From Arenicellales bacterium (GTDB lineage: Bacteria > Pseudomonadota > Gammaproteobacteria > Arenicellales > JAANXG01), in assembly GCA_965216665.1 (NCBI GenBank), contig OZ244194.1, positions 4,141,427 to 4,205,426 on the forward strand: a stretch of 64,000 nucleotides of DNA, read 5' to 3'. Under the pieces are notes generated by a model, which was given only the letters and a program-made list of their open reading frames with translations, did not search any database and was not told the DNA's origin. A program made the translations under genes and the position numbers. This document shows positions 9,465 to 18,730 of the stretch, one piece after another; positions within the stretch are counted from its first letter, which is position 1; the number at the start of each line of letters is the position of its first letter.

Positions 9465-9604
9465 GTCACTGAACTGGTAGCACCCTAAACCGCTACCGGA
9501 TATTTCCTAACCGTCCCAAAAGGGTCACCATGACTCGCCCTTTGGGGCGGAGTGTCATCGTGTTCTCGCGGGACTTTCGATGAGTACGACGAAGGAGGCC
9601 CACT

Positions 9605-10003
9605 ATGGCTAATGACTATGTAAATCGATACATCAGCGATGACATCTTGAGCATCAAACGCATAGAAAAAGTCGACGATCACGGGAAGATCACCTACCGG
9701 TTCCGAGGCAGTAAGTTCTACGGCCGAAAAGCCGATCTGCACAAGCGCGAGGGTTGGTTGACTGCAGAAGGCTACCTGTCGCAGAAAGCCTGGAAGACAC
9801 TGGAACCGTGGGCGGAGTTACTGGAAAACGGTCGCTCTGGCGTGTCGGTTCGGGTGAAGAACCTGCAGGAGCAAAAGCCCAAGTCATTTATCCCGCAGAC
9901 GGGTGATAACGCGGGCGAAGCGGTGACGGTGCTGAAATACCGCATCAATACGATCGTCTCAGTGAAACCGCAAGACGGCGAAGTGGTCACGATCGAAAAC
10001 TGA
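9605..10003 (+). CDS. Hypothetical protein (132 aa)
   Basis: Good SD (AAGGAGG, 6-nt spacer). It is followed by a strong intrinsic terminator and is the first + strand gene before the transfer module. I recognise no family. Confidence 0.55.
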   Translation: MANDYVNRYISDDILSIKRIEKVDDHGKITYRFRGSKFYGRKADLHKREGWLTAEGYLSQKAWKTLEPWAELLENGRSGVSVRVKNLQEQKPKSFIPQTGDNAGEAVTVLKYRINTIVSVKPQDGEVVTIEN

Positions 10004-10030
10004 CACACTCTCTTGTTTTAAACTTTATTA

Positions 10031-10058
10031 AGCCCGGCTTGGCGCCGGGCTTTTTCTT
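10031..10058 (+). terminator. Rho-independent terminator
   Basis: AGCCCGGC-TTGGC-GCCGGGCT hairpin followed by TTTTCTTTC. Confidence 0.7.
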
Positions 10059-10221
10059 TCGTGGGGTGAGTCGATTCGGGCGCGTTTCTCACTGCGAGAG
10101 TTAAACCTCCGTGTTGGCAGCTACACACATACATCTACGTCGTCAAACGCGAGTGAACCGCATAACCCTTGTCCCGCGATGTGATTCCGGCCTTAACTAT
10201 CGCCACGAGGAGAACCAGCGA

Positions 10222-10698
10222 ATGCAATTACTCATTTTCGTTCTGATCATCGCGTTCGGTGCCGGAAGTATAGCGAGCGCTGAAGCAGTGCAAGTCGGTC
10301 GTTATGCGGTGCTTACCCCTACCGCACCCATGCCCCAACAGTTTCCGTTATTGGCGGTGCAGAGTTACGCGTTGCCGGTTTCGGTAAATACGGTAGGTGA
10401 AGCAATCCAGTTCGTGCTCGCGGGGACGGGTTATGCATTGGCTGCCTCCAAATATCGCGACCCGCGTGTCGAGTCGATGCTGGCAGCGCGTTTGCCGAAC
10501 GTGCAACGGCGGCTTGGACCAGTGCGTGTCGATCATGCCTTGCGGGCCCTGGCCGGTCCGGGCTTTGAGTTGGTGGTCGATCCCATTCACCGTCTGGTCG
10601 CGTTCGACCTGTCCACGCGCTACCTGGAAGAAAGCGGAAAACGGAGCGTGCTTGGCAGTCAACCGTCTGCGCAGCCAGCGAAGGGGTGGTCGCCGTGA
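10222..10698 (+). CDS. pilL: PilL-like ICE protein (PFGI-1-class transfer region)
   Basis: Start MQLLIFVLIIAFGAGSIASA (signal peptide) after GAGGA. VGRYAVLTPTAPMPQQ...TVGEAIQFVLAGTGYAL resembles the PilL family that opens this type of transfer region. The assignment is from recall and synteny. Confidence 0.6.
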   Translation: MQLLIFVLIIAFGAGSIASAEAVQVGRYAVLTPTAPMPQQFPLLAVQSYALPVSVNTVGEAIQFVLAGTGYALAASKYRDPRVESMLAARLPNVQRRLGPVRVDHALRALAGPGFELVVDPIHRLVAFDLSTRYLEESGKRSVLGSQPSAQPAKGWSP

Positions 10699-11399
10699 AA
10701 CGGCTGCTATTGACCCTGTTTGCGGCGAGCCTCCTCAACGGGTGTGCAACGACACCCCCGGGAGACAGAGCAGGCCCAAAAGACGAAGAGACGAACGGTG
10801 TGCCACTGAGTCGATGGCTGACAATTGGCGAGTCCACGTTCCTCTACCGGGATCTGACTGTCGCCTGGCCTCACCAGCATCCGGCCAAAGGAGAGGCGCT
10901 GGAACATAAGGACACGACCGTGTCAGAACCGTTAGACAGGCGCCTGGTCACGATCGGTGTGTACGACGTCCCGTTTGCCCAGGGGTCATCCGCGCTGACA
11001 GATGGGGGGCGTCAAGCATTGGAAGCGTTATTGGGCGACGCATGGCGCGCGGCGCGCATTGGGCTGCGCGGAACGGCTGGGGGAGCGGAGCAAGCCTCGC
11101 TGCGACTCGCAAAGGAACGAACCGAAACGATCGCAGCGTATTTGATGGGACGTGGCATCAACGGCGCGGCCATCGAAATCGACCCGTATGACCCCAAGCG
11201 GCGCGGCCGCCGGGTGATCGTGACGTTGGAGACGGCCGACCGCGCGCAAGCGGCTCTAAACGGACCCAGTGCGCTGCCGGCCAAGCAAAAGCCAAGCCGC
11301 TCACCGAACCCGGCAGGATCCAGCGACGCCATCCCCCTATCCAAGGCCTCTCGCCAGAAAGCCTTGTCCACGACGGAGAACCCACGTGTTGAACCGTAA
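10695..11399 (+). CDS. Lipoprotein with an OmpA-like C-terminal domain
   Basis: GTG at 10695 overlaps the upstream stop (GTGA). Lipobox KRLLLTLFAASLLNGC. The C-terminus (GSSALTDGGRQALEALL...AKERTETIAAYLMGRGI...RRVIVTL) is OmpA/MotB-like. Confidence 0.6.
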   Translation: MKRLLLTLFAASLLNGCATTPPGDRAGPKDEETNGVPLSRWLTIGESTFLYRDLTVAWPHQHPAKGEALEHKDTTVSEPLDRRLVTIGVYDVPFAQGSSALTDGGRQALEALLGDAWRAARIGLRGTAGGAEQASLRLAKERTETIAAYLMGRGINGAAIEIDPYDPKRRGRRVIVTLETADRAQAALNGPSALPAKQKPSRSPNPAGSSDAIPLSKASRQKALSTTENPRVEP

Positions 11400-11409
11400 A
11401 GGACGGTCG

Positions 11410-12159
11410 ATGGCCTTGTTCCTGATCGCGGGATGGAGCGCCTGTGTGTGTGCACAATCCCTGGACGCAATCGAAACGAAGCGCGTCACCTACGAGCACG
11501 GTGGCGAGAAACTCACGGCTACCGAGCACGCCCGGCAGTGGGGGCTTGAGGTAGAGGACTGGCAGAGATATCGGACGCTCATGCAAGGACCTCGTGGGCT
11601 TTGGTATCGAGACATCGATCCGGTTTGGGTGTTGGGGCTTTCTGCCGAGACTGAGAGCGAGCGGATGCGCTACGCAAGGTTGGCCGCGGACATCGAGGGG
11701 CGGCGGGTCGAAGCGGAACTCGCGTTTCAGCGGGCGTACGATGATGCATGGAAGGAAAAGAGCGTCGACGGCAAGGTGCTGGACTCGTTTCGCTTGGCGG
11801 TACGTAAGGGGGCATCGAAGAGCAGGACCACCGAGCACCCGCTGCAAAGCAGGGTCCCGCCTCGTCGCCTCGTATTCGTCGAGATTGGATGTGAAGCGTG
11901 CCGCGCTGAGCTCCTTCGGAGCGTTCAAGCGACAGGATCGGGCGGCGTCGATCTCTACGTCACCGGCGCGGCGACTGATGACGATATTCGCCAATGGGCC
12001 GTGCGTATGGATATTAAGAGACAGTGGGTGAAAGACGGACTCGTGACGTTGAATCACGACGCGGGCTATTTCGAACGATTGACGGGCGAGGCGCTGCACG
12101 GCATTCGCGTGTTCGACAATGCAGCCTGGGCACGACCCCTCAAAGCGAGGTCGCGATAA
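11410..12159 (+). CDS. ICE protein, PFL_4693-family-like
   Basis: Signal peptide MALFLIAGWSACVCAQS. Its position matches the conserved gene order of PFGI-1-class elements. The assignment is from recall and synteny. Confidence 0.55.
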   Translation: MALFLIAGWSACVCAQSLDAIETKRVTYEHGGEKLTATEHARQWGLEVEDWQRYRTLMQGPRGLWYRDIDPVWVLGLSAETESERMRYARLAADIEGRRVEAELAFQRAYDDAWKEKSVDGKVLDSFRLAVRKGASKSRTTEHPLQSRVPPRRLVFVEIGCEACRAELLRSVQATGSGGVDLYVTGAATDDDIRQWAVRMDIKRQWVKDGLVTLNHDAGYFERLTGEALHGIRVFDNAAWARPLKARSR

Positions 12160-12161
12160 GG

Positions 12162-12725
12162 ATGCATCGCAATATACGAAGCCGGCTTGCGTATGCGGTG
12201 TTCTGGGCGGCCTCGGCGACCAGCCTGTCGAGTGTCGCGGTGCCACCGGCGTTTCAGCGCGTGGCGGCGCAAACTGGTGTACCGGCTGAGGTACTGTACT
12301 CGATTGCCCAAACCGAAAGCGGCATGAGTCTCAACGGTTATGGATTCGGCCCGTGGCCTTGGACTTTGAACGTGGCGGGAAAGCCCGAGCGGTTTGATAC
12401 CGAGCGAGAGGCCGTAGCCCGCCTGGAGGCGTTGCTGAATGAGGGCGTTACGAACATCGATATTGGCCTGATGCAGGTCAACTGGTGGTATCACCGTCAC
12501 CGGTTTGCCGGTCCGAAAGAGGCGTTGGACGCGTACCGGAACCTCGAGGTGGGCGCACGGATACTGCGCGAGCTGTGGGACGCCGAGCAAGACCTGTGGC
12601 GCGCAATCGGGTCTTATCACGCGGGCGAGATGGCCAGCGATGCCGGACGACAACGCGCAGAAAGCTATCGCCAGCGCGTGGCGAGAGCGGTTGTGCGTAG
12701 TTTGGGACGTCATGCAGATGACTGA
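12162..12725 (+). CDS. Lytic transglycosylase (SLT domain), transfer-associated
   Basis: It has a signal peptide. The catalytic-region motif is LYSIAQTESGMS, followed by DIGLMQVNWWYH. Confidence 0.8.
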   Translation: MHRNIRSRLAYAVFWAASATSLSSVAVPPAFQRVAAQTGVPAEVLYSIAQTESGMSLNGYGFGPWPWTLNVAGKPERFDTEREAVARLEALLNEGVTNIDIGLMQVNWWYHRHRFAGPKEALDAYRNLEVGARILRELWDAEQDLWRAIGSYHAGEMASDAGRQRAESYRQRVARAVVRSLGRHADD

Positions 12726-13257
12726 ACGAACCGCACGCGGGGTGGCCTTCGCGACATTTCTGTGGATGTGGACCGCGCCGCTTGTGTGGGCAGGTCCAGT
12801 GGAGATCGCGACCCTGGGGCCCACCACCGGTATCACCGCTCATCTCGATCGTGTGCGAAGGCTGTTTTCTCCAAAGGCCAATAGTTCGTCGCGCGCGTTG
12901 ATCCCCGTCCCGGCCCGCGCTGATCTCGACACACACCGCTTTCCCATCACCACCCATCGGATGCGGCCCGGGCGTGTCATATCTCAGCGTTCACCGCGCC
13001 GGGGCGCCTTTCGACCGTTGTGTGTTGTCGGCAACGATCCGGAGTCGTTCCGTTGGGCGCGGCAGAGAGCGGCAAGACTCAAGATCCTGGGAGCGGCCTG
13101 CCTCATGGTGCAGGCCCGCGATGCGCGAGAAGTGGAAGCCATGCGTCAATCTTTGTCGGGGGTACCGCTGGCCGCCGTGTCCGGTGACGGTCTCGCCGGA
13201 GCACTGGGTTTGACTCGCTATCCGGTGCTGTTGACCACCGAGGCGATCGAGCAATGA
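12712..13257 (+). CDS. ICE protein, PFL_4695-family-like
   Basis: It has a signal-like N-terminus. Its position between the transglycosylase and traD matches the family order. ATGA overlap with traD. Confidence 0.55.
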   Translation: MQMTERTARGVAFATFLWMWTAPLVWAGPVEIATLGPTTGITAHLDRVRRLFSPKANSSSRALIPVPARADLDTHRFPITTHRMRPGRVISQRSPRRGAFRPLCVVGNDPESFRWARQRAARLKILGAACLMVQARDAREVEAMRQSLSGVPLAAVSGDGLAGALGLTRYPVLLTTEAIEQ

Positions 13258-15476
13258 CGCCGGCCCGGGTCGAAGCACTGTTACGTCCTCAGGTGGAATA
13301 CGTGGCCGCGGGGACCAGCGCATCGTTGGCCGGGATCTCGTGGTGGCTGCAAGCCTATTACCTCTTCACGCCTGCGATTGGCCGGGTAGCGGCCCTCTTC
13401 TTCGCTGGCCATGCCGCGTGGCGCTTGCAGCAGGCTATCCGAATCGGCCGGTTCCAGAGGTCCCTGCGTCATCTTGAGTTCTACGCACTCAAAAGCCGCG
13501 CGATACCGAGAAGCACGAAGTGGCTGTTTTTGGGTAAGGGATTCGCATGGGACGCGAACCACACGAAGCGTTTGCGCGATACCCGCAAGCGCAAGTATTT
13601 GCCGTACCTGAAGCCGGCGCGCGTAGAGACGATCGCTCGCGAGCTCCAGCAGGCGTGGAGTCATGTACCGGCGCTCAGCGTCGTGTCGCGTTTCTTGGGC
13701 AGTGCATCGCGCTGGAATCCATGGCCGCCGCCCGCCCTGGTGGGCGGTGCTCCGGAGTTGCACGGGGTGGGAATGTGGGAAGGGGAAACCGACGTCACGG
13801 TCCCTCGCAGCGAATTGGTCGGGCACATGGTGGTGATCGGTTCCACGCGGACCGGCAAAACCCGACTCGAGGAAATGCTGATCGAGCAGGACGTGGCGAT
13901 CGGTAACACGACCATCGTGTTCGATCCCAAAGGCGATGCACAGTTGCTGCGCCGCGTGTATGGCGCGGCGAAGCGCGGAGGCAAGCTCGACCGGTTGTAT
14001 TTTCTGCATCTCGCGTTTCCCGAACTCAGCGCGCGTTACAATGCGCTCGGCTCGTTTACGCGTGTGACCCAGATCGCACAGCGCCTGACCGCGGGATTGC
14101 CCGGCGAGGGCGATTCGGCCGCCTTCAAGGAGTTCGCGTGGCGAGTCACCCACATCATCGCCAAGGCCTCGCTGGCAATGGGTGAGCGCCCTGACTTCAA
14201 GAAGATTCAACGCTACGTCAACGACCTCGATGCTCTGGTGAGGCGCTACCTGGAGCACTGGTTGGAGAAACAAGGCGTTTGCGACTGGCGTCGACGGGTT
14301 CGTCAATGGGAAACCCAGCTCAAGCACGCGACGAACCTGCGCGGCGCGGAACGTGAGCGCCCACGGCGCACGGTCGCCCTGATGCGCCTGGTGCGCGAGT
14401 GTCTCACCGCCCACCCGGAGCAGCACGACCCGGTGGTCGACAGTCTGCTCAAGCTCGCCGAGACGGAGAGGGCCTACCTCGATAAGACGACTTCGAACCT
14501 CGGTCCGTTGTTGGAGAAGCTCACCACCGGCAAAATCGCCGAGATTCTGTCTCCGGACTACGACGATCCCAACGATCCACGCCCGATCCTGGATTGGGGC
14601 CAGGTGATCCGGGAACGCGGCATCGTCTATGTGGGGCTCGACGCTTTGACCGACGTCACGGTGGCTGGCGCCGTCGGCCAGGCGATGTTCGAGGACCTCA
14701 CCGCCAAGGCGGGGGAGCTGTACGCGTACGGTAAGTCGGATGGGTTCGGTCACACGTCCCCCACCGCACGAACGCGCCCCCGCACGCGGATCTCTGTGCA
14801 CGCCGACGAGCTGTCTGCGATCGCCAACGAGAGTGTATTGAATCTTCTGGCCCGCGCCGGCGGTTCGGACTTCGAGCTCAAGCTCTACAGCCAAAGCCTG
14901 CACGATCTGGAGTGGGGCCTGGGTGATCGCGCGCGCGCCCATGTGGCCATCGACAACTTGAATACGGTGGTCATGATGCGTGTGCAAAGCACGGAAACCG
15001 CCCGCTTTCTCACCGACAAAGTGCCGCCGGTCGAGATCGAGAAGGAATCGGAGATGTTCGGCTATCACGACAGCGCGCAACCCGAGAACGCGGTGGAATT
15101 TACCAGTGCCGCCCACCAGCGCGTGGAATACCAGGAGGTACGACCGATCGAGCCGGGCGATGTCACACGACTGCCCAAAGGTCACGCGTTCGTGCTGACT
15201 TCCGGCAATCGGCTCTACAAGGTCCGGATCCCATTGCCCGAGGACGACGACGATGTGCCCGAGACCATCGCCGCGATGGCCCAGAGCATGATGCGCAGCG
15301 CGCCCGCGCGCGTGGATTGGTGGGTGGATAACTGGTTCGAAGATCGTTATCGGGCAAGCCATCCGCAACCTGCGCGTAACGTTGGGGCCGGTGACGATGC
15401 CGATCATCCACGTAGATCGGACGCCGGGGCGTTCGACCCGGTGCGTGCCGAGATATTCGAGGAGGAGACCCTATGA
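13254..15476 (+). CDS. traD: Conjugative coupling protein TraD (T4CP, PFGI-1 class)
   Basis: 740 aa with N-terminal TM segments, a Walker A motif (IGSTRTGKT) and a FtsK/TraD-type ATPase core. Confidence 0.85.
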   Translation: MTPARVEALLRPQVEYVAAGTSASLAGISWWLQAYYLFTPAIGRVAALFFAGHAAWRLQQAIRIGRFQRSLRHLEFYALKSRAIPRSTKWLFLGKGFAWDANHTKRLRDTRKRKYLPYLKPARVETIARELQQAWSHVPALSVVSRFLGSASRWNPWPPPALVGGAPELHGVGMWEGETDVTVPRSELVGHMVVIGSTRTGKTRLEEMLIEQDVAIGNTTIVFDPKGDAQLLRRVYGAAKRGGKLDRLYFLHLAFPELSARYNALGSFTRVTQIAQRLTAGLPGEGDSAAFKEFAWRVTHIIAKASLAMGERPDFKKIQRYVNDLDALVRRYLEHWLEKQGVCDWRRRVRQWETQLKHATNLRGAERERPRRTVALMRLVRECLTAHPEQHDPVVDSLLKLAETERAYLDKTTSNLGPLLEKLTTGKIAEILSPDYDDPNDPRPILDWGQVIRERGIVYVGLDALTDVTVAGAVGQAMFEDLTAKAGELYAYGKSDGFGHTSPTARTRPRTRISVHADELSAIANESVLNLLARAGGSDFELKLYSQSLHDLEWGLGDRARAHVAIDNLNTVVMMRVQSTETARFLTDKVPPVEIEKESEMFGYHDSAQPENAVEFTSAAHQRVEYQEVRPIEPGDVTRLPKGHAFVLTSGNRLYKVRIPLPEDDDDVPETIAAMAQSMMRSAPARVDWWVDNWFEDRYRASHPQPARNVGAGDDADHPRRSDAGAFDPVRAEIFEEETL

Positions 15477-15970
15477 CGTCGTGCGAACTCTTAAACGAAG
15501 ACTGTGTCGTTCCCCACCCCCTTTACCTGGACGATGGGAGAGACGCCGTTTCCTTGGACGCCGAGGTGTTCCGGTTTGGGTGTGCGGTGTTCGCCCAAGG
15601 GGTTCACGGTCAAAGGCGTCTAGAATCGCCGCGCGACGTCCAGTGGCTGATCCGCAGTCCCGACGGTGAGCTCGACCTCTTGGCCTGGCAGGACACGCCG
15701 GAAGAGCGCGGCCTCCTGGCGCTGTATCAGGCCGCTGAAGACCTGAGCCGATTCAGCAGCCTGGCGCTCCGCTTGACCGCGCTGGCCCATCTGCTTCGGG
15801 CTGAACAAATCAAACCCTGGGCGGATCTGGTGGACGATCAGGTGTGTCCCGAGTGCTGGCACCCGGCCGTCTTTGAAGTTGCAGGGTCCCTGGAGTTGGA
15901 CGTGGAAGGGGATTTCTCACCGGACCGGTTCCGGATGCGGCTTGCGCAGTTGGCCTCGACGGAGCACTGA
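15473..15970 (+). CDS. Hypothetical protein (165 aa)
   Basis: ATGA-coupled to traD. It is acidic and cytoplasmic. I recognise no family. Confidence 0.5.
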   Translation: MTSCELLNEDCVVPHPLYLDDGRDAVSLDAEVFRFGCAVFAQGVHGQRRLESPRDVQWLIRSPDGELDLLAWQDTPEERGLLALYQAAEDLSRFSSLALRLTALAHLLRAEQIKPWADLVDDQVCPECWHPAVFEVAGSLELDVEGDFSPDRFRMRLAQLASTEH

Positions 15971-15995
15971 CGCCTTGACGAGGGAACGCGCCACC

Positions 15996-16682
15996 ATGAC
16001 GGAAACGCCCCCGACCCTGCTCGGGCGGATTCTCAAACAGGTTGTGTTGATGTTCGCCGCACTATTGGTGGCGGTGTTGTTCGAGTGGATCGGGATGTCC
16101 ACCGCGTGGAAAGAACAAGGTCTGGGACACAGTCAGGCGATGTTGGCGCAGGAACTGCGGAACCTGAACATGGACGTCGTCGAGACTGCGCCATTTGGAA
16201 GTGCAGTGAGTCTTGTGGCCCAGCGCTTTTCCAGTGGGTTTTACCGGCTGTTCGCCGAGGATCTCCGCGTAGCGCAACTGTTACAGGCGACGACGCAGCG
16301 GCAAGCCCTGTACCAGATGACCGGTTCATTGGGCTGGCCCCCGCCGCATCACTATGGGCTCGCCGCGCTGAATACGATTCAGCTCTTCGGCGTGAAACTC
16401 GCGGTGGTTGCTTTGGCAATGCCGATCTACCTCGTGTTTGCCGTTTGGGGTGCTGGGGAGGGACTCACGGTGCGGGCGCTGCGCCGTTACCGGGCAATGC
16501 ATGAGTCGGCTTACGTGTTTCACCATGCCAAACGGTTGGTGTGGCCGATGGTCGCGCTCCCGGTCGTGGTGTATCTCGCATTGCCGATGTCACTGTCACC
16601 GGTCTTGGTCTTCGGTCCTTGTGCGTTGGTCTACGGCCTGGCGTGGGTCGTGATGGTCAGCAAGTTCAAAAAGTATTGGTGA
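15996..16682 (+). CDS. ICE membrane protein, PFL_4697-family-like
   Basis: Start MTETPPTLLGRILKQVVLMFAALLVAVLFEWIG. It has multiple TM helices and the expected synteny. Confidence 0.6.
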   Translation: MTETPPTLLGRILKQVVLMFAALLVAVLFEWIGMSTAWKEQGLGHSQAMLAQELRNLNMDVVETAPFGSAVSLVAQRFSSGFYRLFAEDLRVAQLLQATTQRQALYQMTGSLGWPPPHHYGLAALNTIQLFGVKLAVVALAMPIYLVFAVWGAGEGLTVRALRRYRAMHESAYVFHHAKRLVWPMVALPVVVYLALPMSLSPVLVFGPCALVYGLAWVVMVSKFKKYW

Positions 16683-16690
16683 GCGAGCGC

Positions 16691-17008
16691 ATGGCGAAAC
16701 GATTTCTCAAAATAATCGGTTCACTGTTCTTGATCGGTGTAATGGGCCCCGTGGTTGGGGGCGATGACGTGGCCAGGCTTCGGGGTGAACGCGAAGTGCT
16801 CGCCCGCATCGCGCAGGAACTGGATTACCTGAAAACCCTGGCCGATGAGGCGCAGCGCGAGCGCGCATCCCCCGGGCGATTGCAGTTTCAGTACGACTGG
16901 TTCCGGCGTGATCTCGAGCACGTGAAGCAAGGCATTCTGGACTACCTGCACGGGCCGAACCACACACCGATCGAAGTACCACCGCTTCGCGGCGACTACC
17001 GGCGTTAA
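16691..17008 (+). CDS. ICE protein, RAQPRD family
   Basis: It has a signal peptide and the C-terminal motif PPLRGDYRR, a RAQPRD-type ending. The size and position are typical. Confidence 0.65.
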   Translation: MAKRFLKIIGSLFLIGVMGPVVGGDDVARLRGEREVLARIAQELDYLKTLADEAQRERASPGRLQFQYDWFRRDLEHVKQGILDYLHGPNHTPIEVPPLRGDYRR

Positions 17009-17068
17009 GACGATGGTGCCTACGCAGATCACCCCAGTTCCAAACCCGGCCACGATGACCCATCCGAC

Positions 17069-17299
17069 ATGGAAGCGCTCGTAAGCAACGCGTTCGAAAG
17101 CGGCAGCGGTCTCAGCACCGCGAGCTTGACGCGGCTCGCGGAGGTGGTGCTGGTCGGCGCCGCGGTGCTGTGGTCTGTGTGGACCGCAATCGGCGCCTAT
17201 CAATTGTGGTACGACGGGCAAGCGACGAGTCTACAGCTCTTCGCATACACCCTCCGCTCCGCGGTCATCGTGTTTCTGTTGTTTTTCTTATTCAGCTAA
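17069..17299 (+). CDS. Small ICE membrane protein (PFL_4701/DUF3262-like)
   Basis: 76 aa with two TM helices and the expected synteny. Confidence 0.55.
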   Translation: MEALVSNAFESGSGLSTASLTRLAEVVLVGAAVLWSVWTAIGAYQLWYDGQATSLQLFAYTLRSAVIVFLLFFLFS

Positions 17300-17315
17300 A
17301 AAAGAGGAGACGATC

Positions 17316-17726
17316 ATGCCCGCTCCAAACAAGTCGCTCATCCGAGGTTTCGGTTTCTTCACCCACGATCGGAACGTCTGGGTTTGGCTGGCGATGACTG
17401 CCCTGATCATTCTCGTGGCGTACGCCGGCGCGGTCGAGGCCGACATCCCCAAACCGAAGCTTCCCGAGGGCGCCGACGAAAACGATATCGTCAGTGTGAT
17501 CACCGCTTATTTCAAGAAAATCATTTCCGTGGCGATGGTGATTTTGCTCGTAGTCGCGTTTGTCGTCGCGGCCTACGCCGGGGTCGTGGCGCTGTACCGC
17601 CTGGTTACCGGACGGGATGATTGGGGGGCGTTGCTCGGCGTGTTCTTCGCTGCTCTGGTCGTGCTCGCTTTCGTCGGCTTCATTCTGTACGAAGGCGATC
17701 AGACCCTGAAAACCGTGCTGGCGTGA
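17316..17726 (+). CDS. ICE membrane protein, PFL_4702-family-like (candidate pilin-type subunit)
   Basis: 136 aa with a signal/TM segment plus two C-terminal TM helices and the expected synteny. Confidence 0.6.
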   Translation: MPAPNKSLIRGFGFFTHDRNVWVWLAMTALIILVAYAGAVEADIPKPKLPEGADENDIVSVITAYFKKIISVAMVILLVVAFVVAAYAGVVALYRLVTGRDDWGALLGVFFAALVVLAFVGFILYEGDQTLKTVLA

Positions 17727-17732
17727 GCGGGG

Positions 17733-18107
17733 GTGGCCATGGGGTCTTTTCATGACGACGCACAGGACCTGGTGTTGCCCCATCGCCTCGATTTCGAGCC
17801 GGTCATCATCTTAGGCCTCACAAAATCAGAATTGCTCATGGTTACCGGCATCGCCGCAATCGTATGCCTGCCCGTGGGGCTTGTTGTTGGCCTGGTGTTC
17901 GGCAAGTGGACGATGGGATTACCGATGGGATTTCTCGCGACGTTCGTCGCCGTTATGATGGCGGGAGTCGTGCTCGCCAAGGTCAAGCGACAACGCCCGG
18001 CCGGTTACTACCAACAACAACTCAAGATCGCGCTGCACGACTTCGGTTTCCGTCAAAGCCGGCTCATCCGGCGCGATGGATTGTGGGCTGTGCGCAGGCA
18101 TCGGTGA
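17733..18107 (+). CDS. Conjugative transfer region membrane protein (TIGR03750-like)
   Basis: 124 aa. It has a TM hairpin (LLMVTGIAAIVCLPVGLVVGLVFG...FLATFVAVMMAGVVLA) and the expected synteny. Confidence 0.55.
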   Translation: MAMGSFHDDAQDLVLPHRLDFEPVIILGLTKSELLMVTGIAAIVCLPVGLVVGLVFGKWTMGLPMGFLATFVAVMMAGVVLAKVKRQRPAGYYQQQLKIALHDFGFRQSRLIRRDGLWAVRRHR

Positions 18108-18730
18108 TGCGCCTCAAGAACGAAAACCACCATCTGCGCGTCATCAACCGGGGTCTGATGCTCGTCATCTTCGGCCTGGTGTCCACGGTGATCATTCTGT
18201 CTTACTGGCTGGCCAAGGCCATGGACGCGCGCCCCATCGCAATTCCTCCGGATCTGCGCGCGGGCGCGGTGATCCGTGGTCACGAAGTGTCCCCCGAAAC
18301 CGTATACACCTTTGCGATCACGCTGTTTCAGCAACTGAACCGCTGGCGAGCGGACGGAGGGGAGGAGTATCGCCAGAACATCGATTCGCTCGTCGACTAC
18401 TTGACGCCGAGTTTCCGAGAAACGCTTCACGAAGATCTTCGCGAGCGCCAACGCCAGGGCGAGCTCAATGGACGGACTCGCACCACGTCGTTGTTGCCCG
18501 GCGTGGTCTATGCCGCCGATCGCGTGACCATAAAAAGCGCTAACGAATGGGTGGTGCACCTGGACTTGGAGTTGATCGAGACCTTGAACGGCGCCCCGGT
18601 CAAGCAAGCCCATATCCGCTATCCCGTCAAAGTCGTCCGCTTTGAGGTCGACTGGGAGCGAAACCCGTGGGGCCTGGCACTCGATGGGTTTGCCGGTGCC
18701 GGACCGGTTCGGATTCAGGATCTGCGATGA
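18107..18730 (+). CDS. ICE protein, PFL_4703-family-like
   Basis: The ATG at 18107 overlaps the upstream TGA. It has an N-terminal TM anchor and the expected synteny. Confidence 0.6.
   Translation: MRLKNENHHLRVINRGLMLVIFGLVSTVIILSYWLAKAMDARPIAIPPDLRAGAVIRGHEVSPETVYTFAITLFQQLNRWRADGGEEYRQNIDSLVDYLTPSFRETLHEDLRERQRQGELNGRTRTTSLLPGVVYAADRVTIKSANEWVVHLDLELIETLNGAPVKQAHIRYPVKVVRFEVDWERNPWGLALDGFAGAGPVRIQDLR

Noticed and set aside
9605-10003. Assigning the 132-aa ORF to a named ICE family (for example DUF3577 or an anti-restriction family).
   Set aside because: I cannot recall a reliable consensus to compare against and no diagnostic motif is evident. It is left as hypothetical.
13281-15407. 708-aa ORF antisense to traD. 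Similar long shadow ORFs occur at 11158-12246, 19884-20906, 25425-26429, 35608-37695, 45657-46955, 46624-47631, 49516-50631, 57754-59268 and 58125-59081.
   Set aside because: They lie opposite genes with clear family motifs. They are Arg/Gly/Ala/Pro-rich and low in complexity, and have no SD or recognisable domains. These are typical stop-poor antisense frames in GC-rich DNA.
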